Position numbers and translations under genes: made by a program. Positions 1 through 5,520 of a stretch of 7,663 nt of DNA are shown here, piece after piece. Positions within the stretch are counted from its first letter, which is position 1. Every line of letters begins with the position of its first letter. The stretch comes from PVC group bacterium (lineage in GTDB: Bacteria > GCA-001730085 > JADFSZ01), in the NCBI GenBank assembly GCA_022560555.1, contig JADFSZ010000084.1, positions 1 through 7,663 on the forward strand. Direction: 5' to 3'. Under the pieces are notes generated by a model that saw nothing but the letters and a program-made list of their open reading frames with translations, did not search any database and was not told the origin of the DNA.

Positions 1-169
1 CCCAAGTTTCATTTGTGCACGCACTTGTTCCCGCTGTGCGAGGGGCTCCCGACCCCGCACCCACCACGACCGTAGGTCTCCTCTTTCCCTCTTTCCCAAA
101 TTTTCCCTCGTTCCCAAATTTCATTTGGGAACTCCCGCTGTGCGAGCGTCTCCAGCTCACGCACCCACC
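1..169. repeat. Imperfect direct repeat with two copies (1-65 and 113-169) in the C-rich region upstream of the first CDS
   Basis: Three blocks recur in the same order. CCCAAGTTTCATTTG (1-15) matches CCCAAATTTCATTTG (113-127) at 14/15. TCCCGCTGTGCGAG is identical at 29-42 and 133-146. CGCACCCACC is identical at 56-65 and 160-169. The offset is 112 nt for the first block and 104 nt for the other two, so the copies differ by an 8-nt indel. Copy 1 may extend beyond the left window edge. Confidence 0.6.
111..131. promoter_or_regulatory. Perfect 9-bp inverted repeat TTCCCAAAT-TTC-ATTTGGGAA, an operator-like palindrome or hairpin
   Basis: Read directly: 111-119 TTCCCAAAT is the exact reverse complement of 123-131 ATTTGGGAA, with a 3-nt spacer. 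The same half-site, TTCCCAAAT, recurs at 93-101. The site lies about 80 nt upstream of the ATG at 209. The function is inferred only. Confidence 0.35.
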
Positions 170-208
170 GGTACAGAATAACCTCACCCAAACCGTGGTA
201 TACTCAAA

Positions 209-715
209 ATGAACTCAACGAGGCTACCTCACATGGACGATTCCAGTCCGCAAAACCAAGAGTCCACCGAAGAACTTCAGCTCTGCCCTTCCTGCCTCGC
301 GCCCAACGATCCCGAATGCGATTTCTGCACCAATTGCCAAGCACCCCTCGGAGCCACAGCCGGCCTCGACCCCATAAAGAGCATCTGGGCCCGCGGCTAC
401 ATCTACCGTGAAATGGCCCACGGCAAAGCCAGCAACACCGTCATCATCGGCGCCTGGCTCATATTCGGCCCCATGGTCATGTTTACGATCATGGCCCTGG
501 CATTTGCCGTCTTCTCTTTTACCTTCGGCGCCTCACGTTTCGAAGAACCAGCCGGTGCATGGCTACTCCTCGGCCTAGCCTCCGCTACAATGGGAATCCC
601 CGCCGCCATCATCCTCTACAAGACCACCACACGCTCCATAGACAAACTCGAAGAATCCGAAGCCACCGCGTCCCCGGACAAAAACGCTGACGGCAACAAC
701 AAAGCCTCTCTGTGA
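209..715 (+). CDS. Zinc-ribbon domain membrane protein with two predicted TM helices; function unknown
   Basis: ATG-to-TGA ORF of 168 aa. The N-terminal Cys cluster is C26-x2-C29-x7-C37-x2-C40-x2-C43 (CPSC...CDFCTNC), typical of a zinc ribbon. There are two long hydrophobic stretches (about aa 76-104 and 115-136) and a polar acidic tail. Third-codon-position bias is strong: about 94 of 168 codons end in C by hand count, which supports real coding. An alternative start is the ATG at 233, preceded by GAGG at 220-223. Confidence 0.7.
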   Translation: MNSTRLPHMDDSSPQNQESTEELQLCPSCLAPNDPECDFCTNCQAPLGATAGLDPIKSIWARGYIYREMAHGKASNTVIIGAWLIFGPMVMFTIMALAFAVFSFTFGASRFEEPAGAWLLLGLASATMGIPAAIILYKTTTRSIDKLEESEATASPDKNADGNNKASL

Positions 716-734
716 ACTCTGTGCTCTCTGTGGT
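708..734. repeat. Three tandem 9-bp units with a conserved heptamer core: CTCTGTGaa CTCTGTGct CTCTGTGgt
   Basis: Read directly: CTCTGTG occurs at 708-714, 717-723 and 726-732. Units 1 and 3 extend to CTCTCTGTG (706-714 and 724-732). The repeat spans the stop codon of the 209-715 CDS and sits at the GC-content break. Confidence 0.7.
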
Positions 735-750
735 AAAAAAATTATCGATC

Positions 751-1680
751 ATGAATGAATTTGACCTGATCCGAAAAATTGCTTCAAAAATTCGCACCTC
801 TCCCCGGGTAAAAGTTGGGATTGGAGATGACTGCGCCGTTCTAAAAGACACAAAAGATACATACCTTCTGTTTGCCCAAGACACGATTGTAGAAGATGTT
901 CATTTTCGTTTGAATTCAATCACATACGAAGAAATCGGATGGAAGGCATTGGCGTGTAACATGAGTGATATCGCGTCTATGGGGGGCTGGAGTCTATCAG
1001 CCACCATCAGCATGGGTGTTCCCCGGCATGTTTCCGCAAGATCTTTAATAAAAATTTATGACGGGTTGATGAAACTTGCGAAAAGATTTGATGTGGATCT
1101 TGTCGGCGGAGATACGGTGAGAAGTCCGAAGAAATTATTTGTGAGCGTATCCATATTGGGGCGTGTCGAAAAAAAGTGCCTTGTGCTCAGAAAGGGCGCG
1201 AAGGTGGGTGATGCTGTTTTGTGTACGGGGAGCCTCGGAGGCAGTTTTTATGGAAAGCATAAACGCTTTACCCCGAGACAATCTGAAGCACGCTTTCTCG
1301 TCAAAAATTTTAATATTCATAGTATGATTGACATATCAGACGGCCTTGTAGGGGATTTAGGGCATATGTTAGTATCCTCCGGGTGCCAGGCTGTTTTGTT
1401 CGAAAGGACGATACCCATCTCAAGAGAATTAAAGAGGAAGAAGAGCTTATCAGGAAAAAAAATTAATCGTGCTCTCTACGATGGCGAGGATTATGAATTG
1501 CTTTTTTGTATAGCGTCAGAGGATGTGCGTGTGCTCTTAAACAGGGCTAAAAAACAAGGAATTCCTATCTCTCATATTGGAACAATTTCAAAAAAGGGCA
1601 AGGGGGTTATTCTCAAAACACTTGATGGTCGGTTGGTGCGTTTGCCTGTTCGTGCCTTCACTCATAATCTAATCTCGTAA
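751..1680 (+). CDS. thiL: Thiamine-monophosphate kinase (ThiL, PurM/AIR-synthase-like fold)
   Basis: The N-terminus MNEFDLIRKIASKI...VKVGIGDDCAVL...DTIVEDVHF matches the ThiL signature (EF.LI, GIGDDCA, hF). NMSDIASMGG, VGGDT and ISDGL motifs follow. The ATG at 751 is preferred over the upstream GTG at 712 because ThiL proteins normally begin at the M-x-EF-x-LI motif. Confidence 0.9.
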   Translation: MNEFDLIRKIASKIRTSPRVKVGIGDDCAVLKDTKDTYLLFAQDTIVEDVHFRLNSITYEEIGWKALACNMSDIASMGGWSLSATISMGVPRHVSARSLIKIYDGLMKLAKRFDVDLVGGDTVRSPKKLFVSVSILGRVEKKCLVLRKGAKVGDAVLCTGSLGGSFYGKHKRFTPRQSEARFLVKNFNIHSMIDISDGLVGDLGHMLVSSGCQAVLFERTIPISRELKRKKSLSGKKINRALYDGEDYELLFCIASEDVRVLLNRAKKQGIPISHIGTISKKGKGVILKTLDGRLVRLPVRAFTHNLIS

Positions 1681-1686
1681 GATCCC

Positions 1687-3072
1687 TTAGCGATTTAAAA
1701 GAGAATTTTTAGCAAGATGGAAAATGGATGTCCACATACTACCCGGGAATTTGGAGCAGTCCGTCAAGACGCATTCAAATGATTGAAGAAAATAAAGTGC
1801 ATCCTCCGGGTTGAGTGTGAGGGCCGGCAAAAGTTTAATCACATCCATGCGGTGCCCCGCCACTTGGGTTAGAATGCGGTGTTTGTTCAAGAGAGGCATG
1901 ATAATTGTCTGTGTGAATAAATCCTGATTCATCCTATGGATCATATCCCAGGCGGTTTTCATTCCTAAAGATTGAGGGCGTGTAAACTCAATCCCGATCA
2001 TGACCCCTTTCCCGCGAATCTCTTTAATAATATCATATTTTTTTCTGTGCTGATTTAAACCATCCAGAAATATTCTTTCTAGATGAATCACATTGTCCAA
2101 AATATTTTCTGATTCGATAACATGCAGTGTCGCTAAGACGGCGGCCATGGCAAGGCCGTTTTGACTAAAAGTACTGGAATGGACTACGCAGCGATCCATT
2201 TTACTAAACACACTGTCATGAATGTCCTGCCGGGATAGAACGGCTCCGACAGGAATCATCCCGCCTGAAAGAGCTTTTGATAACGTGACAATATCCGGAG
2301 TGATACCGAAATGCTCAAAGGCAAAGAATTTTCCTGTTCGTCCGCATCCTGTTTGAATCTCATCGGCAATCATTAAAGCACCGTATTTTCGACAAAGAGT
2401 TTCAGCCTGAGGGAAGTAATCATGATCAGGGAGATATACTCCCTTGCCTTGAATCGGCTCAAAAATAAATGCGGCAACATCATTGTTTTTTAAGGCTCTT
2501 TCTAATACTTCGAGATCGTTAAATGGGATCTGTTGACATCCATCCAGCAACTTACCGAATCCATCCTTGAATTCAATATTTCCGTTAACGGATAAAGGTC
2601 CGATTGTGAGGCCATGGAAGGCATGTTTGAGAAATACAAACTTATCTCTCTTTGTAAAACATTTTGCGTATTTCATGGCCGTGTCTACGGATTCAGAACC
2701 TGAATTAGTAAAAAATACGTTTTCTAAATTATCCGGAGCGATTTTGATGAGACACTCCGCGGCCAGTCCGCTCACTACGGCGCAGTCCATCTTGAGAAGG
2801 TGCGGAGCTTGAGAGCCGATAAAATCCATAATCGCTTTGACAATCACAGGATGGTTGCGGCCTAAGGCAAAAACACCATAGCCCGTGATAAAATCAATAT
2901 AACGTTTATTATCCTTGTCATAAAGGTAATATCCGTTGGCGCGTGTGTAAGCCTTGTCAAAGCCGATAGTTTTTACCACTTTGACAAATTGTTTATTGAT
3001 GTGTTTGCTGTGAAGATGGTACATGTCGCCGGTACGCTCTTTGAGAATTTTCTTTAGATCAAAATCCGCCAT
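1687..3072 (-). CDS. Class-III PLP-dependent aminotransferase (ornithine/acetylornithine/GABA/putrescine aminotransferase family); substrate not assignable
   Basis: 461-aa ORF with GYGVFALGRNHP, FTNSGSESVDTAMK and DEIQTGCGRTGKFFAFEH motifs. The Schiff-base lysine context is TLSKALSGG (Lys266, codon 2275-2277). Its ATG (3072-3070) overlaps the upstream gene's TAA by one base. Confidence 0.9.
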   Translation of the reverse strand: MADFDLKKILKERTGDMYHLHSKHINKQFVKVVKTIGFDKAYTRANGYYLYDKDNKRYIDFITGYGVFALGRNHPVIVKAIMDFIGSQAPHLLKMDCAVVSGLAAECLIKIAPDNLENVFFTNSGSESVDTAMKYAKCFTKRDKFVFLKHAFHGLTIGPLSVNGNIEFKDGFGKLLDGCQQIPFNDLEVLERALKNNDVAAFIFEPIQGKGVYLPDHDYFPQAETLCRKYGALMIADEIQTGCGRTGKFFAFEHFGITPDIVTLSKALSGGMIPVGAVLSRQDIHDSVFSKMDRCVVHSSTFSQNGLAMAAVLATLHVIESENILDNVIHLERIFLDGLNQHRKKYDIIKEIRGKGVMIGIEFTRPQSLGMKTAWDMIHRMNQDLFTQTIIMPLLNKHRILTQVAGHRMDVIKLLPALTLNPEDALYFLQSFECVLTDCSKFPGSMWTSIFHLAKNSLLNR

Positions 3073-5126
3073 TATGATTTTTCCTGTGTAGCTAAAAGTT
3101 TTTTTATGGTAATTTTCTTGATCTCGTCTACAACCTTGTATGCCGCTTCCTCTCCGGTTTTGACAAGGTCGCGAAAACGATGAAAATCGAAAAATGAAAA
3201 CTGCTCTATTTCCGGTTCAATCCGGATATCGGCATCTCTGGTTTTAAAACGTGCGTTGTTTAAACTCGATACGCCTACAGTTCGTGTAATAATCCGAATC
3301 ATGGTCGGCTCGGTAAAAAAACGATCAAAGACAGATAATAGACCTTTAGGTTTTGATTGTCGAGCGGAATCTGAATAGGGTGAATGGGTCAAAAAACGCT
3401 CGTGATAAGGTGTGACCGTTGATGTGATAATGATATGAGCCCCTTTTGATTTGAGAATATCTGCCGGAACGCTGTTAGATACGGCGCCATCAATCAAATA
3501 GTGATTTTTCCAGCGCACAGGCGGCATGAGAACGGGGATGGAAGAACTGGCTAAAAGCGCACGGTAAAGAATGCCTTTTTCGAGAACAATTTCGGAGCTG
3601 GTGATTAGATCAGTGCATAGAACATAGACAGGAATCGGAAGTTGGTCAAATGTCATATGTCCGAAAAAATCCTGCAAAAGTTTTTTAATCTTTCCGCCTT
3701 TCGTGATGGATGTGCGCGGCCAAAGTGAGTAATCTAAAATGGAAGACCTGCCTTTACCTAGATCATGAAAAAGTCGATTTTCAATCTCAGCAGCTGTTAC
3801 ACCTGTCGCGTACATAGCGCCGATCACAGCCCCCATACTTGTTCCGGAAATCATATCCACAGGAATGCCCTCTTTTTCAAATACTTTGAGAATCCCAATA
3901 TGCGCCATGGCTCGTGCTCCGCCGCTGCCAAGAGCTAAACCGATTTTAGCTCCCCCGAGCTCTCGTGCCAGGGTGTTCATCTGGCGGGTTGTTTTGCTAG
4001 CAGGCTCATCAATAACAATCGGAATTATTTTTTTGGTTTCAAAGAGAGGCTCATTTTCTCGCGTTGGAATGAGAATTGTGCTATTGATTTTTGACGCGTT
4101 CCTGATTTGCCCTAAGAGGCTTCTCGGCATAAAAACATTGTAAAACAAAGCCAATTTGGATTTAAGATTTATGTCTATCGTTTTCTCCCTAAGCTCATAG
4201 AGGAGTCGGTAAAGGTGTCTTAATGAGTCTTTTTGAGTTGTCGTTAAAATGATCGTTTTGTGAGATTGATCGATAGATTTAAAAGAAAATTCAGATTTAG
4301 GAATGCCGCTGCTGATCAAAAGTAAATCATACTTTTTGTGAAGTCCGCCGAGAAAGGGAGCTATATGTTTTGGATCCATCTCTTGTAAGAATTTTTTTTC
4401 ATCCTGACTAAATACCAGCATATCTTGAAAGTCCATAAATTTATGAACGTGCTCCTGGATGCACTCTTCACGACACTCTGGGTTGTTAATGGTTTTGAAA
4501 AACTCGTGAAGATCAGGTTTTTTTGATGTCTCACAAGAAGAGCTGTTTATGTGAAATTGGCTATTAAAATCAATAAACAAAACATTCTTGTGTGTCTCTG
4601 CCCGAAGGGAAAGCGCGAGATTTAGAGCAAAAGGAGAAGTGTTGATTTTAGGATCCGCGGTTAAAATGCTGATAATGGAGGGCGTGTAGATCAAGTCTTG
4701 TTGGATGTTTGTTTTTTTAAGCCGTTGCGACAAAATATGACTGAGATTTAATGAAATAACGTGTGATTTCGAAATGAAATCGTTAAAATCCTTTTTTGTG
4801 AGCAAGAGCATCTCAGTGTCGAGTGATGCCGTTGTTTCGGCTGATGTTTTATCTCCCGTCAAAAGCGACATCTCCCCAAAGTAATCGGAAGCATTTAAAA
4901 TGGTTAAAATCCTTTCCTTGTTATCATCTGTCTTAGGGACCTTTACAACAATCTGCCCGGATTTTACGATATAGAGATATTGCCCGACCTCATTTATATG
5001 CTGGACAACCTCACCGCGACTGTAAAAGACAAGGGAGGATTTGTTTGAAATGGAGTTGATCTCTCGATCTGAAAGAGAATGAAAAAGCGGGCAGTGTTTT
5101 AGTGTGTGATAATTAGGATTTGACAT
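3072..5126 (-). CDS. Three-domain protein: N-terminal cyclic-nucleotide-binding-like domain, central degenerate MinD/ParA-like domain, C-terminal NTE/RssA-type patatin-like phospholipase
   Basis: 684-aa ORF. The CNB-like domain spans about aa 10-135 (LFHSLSD..., FGEMSLL at 83-89). Residues 148-375 align by eye to MinD (IISILTADPKINTSPFALNLALSL...NVLFIDFN; YDLLLISSG; TIILTTT; ILIPTRENEP) but lack the P-loop lysines. The patatin domain spans about aa 394-560, with oxyanion GSGGAR (400-405), nucleophile GTSMG (Ser430, codon 3837-3839) and catalytic DGA (Asp546). Confidence 0.9.
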   Translation of the reverse strand: MSNPNYHTLKHCPLFHSLSDREINSISNKSSLVFYSRGEVVQHINEVGQYLYIVKSGQIVVKVPKTDDNKERILTILNASDYFGEMSLLTGDKTSAETTASLDTEMLLLTKKDFNDFISKSHVISLNLSHILSQRLKKTNIQQDLIYTPSIISILTADPKINTSPFALNLALSLRAETHKNVLFIDFNSQFHINSSSCETSKKPDLHEFFKTINNPECREECIQEHVHKFMDFQDMLVFSQDEKKFLQEMDPKHIAPFLGGLHKKYDLLLISSGIPKSEFSFKSIDQSHKTIILTTTQKDSLRHLYRLLYELREKTIDINLKSKLALFYNVFMPRSLLGQIRNASKINSTILIPTRENEPLFETKKIIPIVIDEPASKTTRQMNTLARELGGAKIGLALGSGGARAMAHIGILKVFEKEGIPVDMISGTSMGAVIGAMYATGVTAAEIENRLFHDLGKGRSSILDYSLWPRTSITKGGKIKKLLQDFFGHMTFDQLPIPVYVLCTDLITSSEIVLEKGILYRALLASSSIPVLMPPVRWKNHYLIDGAVSNSVPADILKSKGAHIIITSTVTPYHERFLTHSPYSDSARQSKPKGLLSVFDRFFTEPTMIRIITRTVGVSSLNNARFKTRDADIRIEPEIEQFSFFDFHRFRDLVKTGEEAAYKVVDEIKKITIKKLLATQEKS

Positions 5127-5127
5127 T

Positions 5128-5520
5128 TTAGTTTACCTTTCCAAAAGCTTTGTCAAATTCAAAAATATCCTTAAAATCATCAAGGCTGTCGTTCTCGGTC
5201 TTTGAAAGGATCTTGTGATCAAGTAGATTGTAAACAATATGACCAAAATCAATCGTTTCGTTGACACCCCAATGATCAATCACAGTCCGGACCATGGGTC
5301 CGAATTTATCATTGGCAAAATCCTTGATGCCATAAAGAAGCTCTTTGCCGGTGACGTGGCCGGGCTGAGGCCGCTTGCGGACTGTGTTCTCGAGCGCCTC
5401 AAGGACAAAAATGTAAGAGTCACGCTTGAATCGCGGATCACGTTCAACAATGCAATCCAGTGTATCCTGGAAATCTGCTTCGCTTAATTTAGGGGGGCTA
5501 TTTTCCCTCGACTGAGTCAC
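5128..5520 (-). CDS. Minf_1886-family protein (PVC-associated conserved hypothetical protein; function unknown)
   Basis: The core sequence RDPRFKRDSYIFVLEAL...HVTGKELLYGIKDFANDKFGPMVRTVIDHWGVNETIDFGHIVYNLLDHKILSKTENDSLDDFKDIFEFD matches my recollection of the Minf_1886 (TIGR04138-type) family pattern. The start is ambiguous. The GTG at 5520 is preceded by GAGGA with an 8-nt spacer and is chosen here. The longest ORF starts at the TTG at 5562 with no SD and would overlap GH3 by 65 nt. Confidence 0.7.
   Translation of the reverse strand: MTQSRENSPPKLSEADFQDTLDCIVERDPRFKRDSYIFVLEALENTVRKRPQPGHVTGKELLYGIKDFANDKFGPMVRTVIDHWGVNETIDFGHIVYNLLDHKILSKTENDSLDDFKDIFEFDKAFGKVN

Noticed and set aside
9-191. 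Minus-strand 60-aa ORF (with a ...EIWERGKIWERGKEE... repeat).
   Set aside because: It is a mirror image of the TTCCC/CCCAAAT DNA iterons. It has no recognisable domain and no SD, so it is a by-product of the repeats.
3-212. The + strand reading frame is open from the window edge (listed as ORF 15-212 from a GTG). Its TGA overlaps the ATG at 209 in an ATGA arrangement, so it could be the C-terminus of an upstream gene translationally coupled to the zinc-ribbon gene.
   Set aside because: The translated product is low-complexity (FPSFPNFPSFPNF). The two DNA repeat copies are read in different frames because of the 8-nt indel, so the repetition is at nucleotide level rather than protein level. 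The region is also dense in palindromes and iterons. It remains possible, and the sequence to the left of the window would decide it.
712-750. The GTG at 712 as the thiL start (322-aa version in the ORF track), overlapping the upstream TGA as GTGA.
   Set aside because: The extra 13 residues (VNSVLSVVKKLSI) are encoded by the CTCTGTG repeat. ThiL homologues begin at the M-x-EF-x-LI motif found at ATG 751.
716-750. A TPP riboswitch or promoter upstream of thiL.
   Set aside because: The gap is only 35 nt, far too short for a THI element, and no CUGAGA-type core is present. The TGgTAAAAA at 731-739 is only a weak -10-like match.
224-884. Three antisense ORFs (224-421, 403-612 and 609-884, minus strand) opposite the zinc-ribbon gene.
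   Set aside because: They are typical shadow ORFs opposite a GC-rich, C3-biased gene. They have no motifs, and the sense frame has the codon-position bias.
1696-1711. The hairpin TAAAA-gagaat-TTTTA as an intrinsic terminator for thiL.
   Set aside because: The stem is only 5 bp of pure A/T, so its stability is negligible, and it lies inside the aminotransferase coding sequence.
3072-5126. Interpreting the CNB-patatin protein as a CBASS or Pycsar-type anti-phage effector (a cyclic-nucleotide-activated phospholipase).
   Set aside because: The window contains no CD-NTase, nucleotide cyclase or other defence hallmark. The patatin domain is of the housekeeping NTE/RssA type, and its operon partners are metabolic enzymes. 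A defence role cannot be excluded, but nothing visible here supports it.
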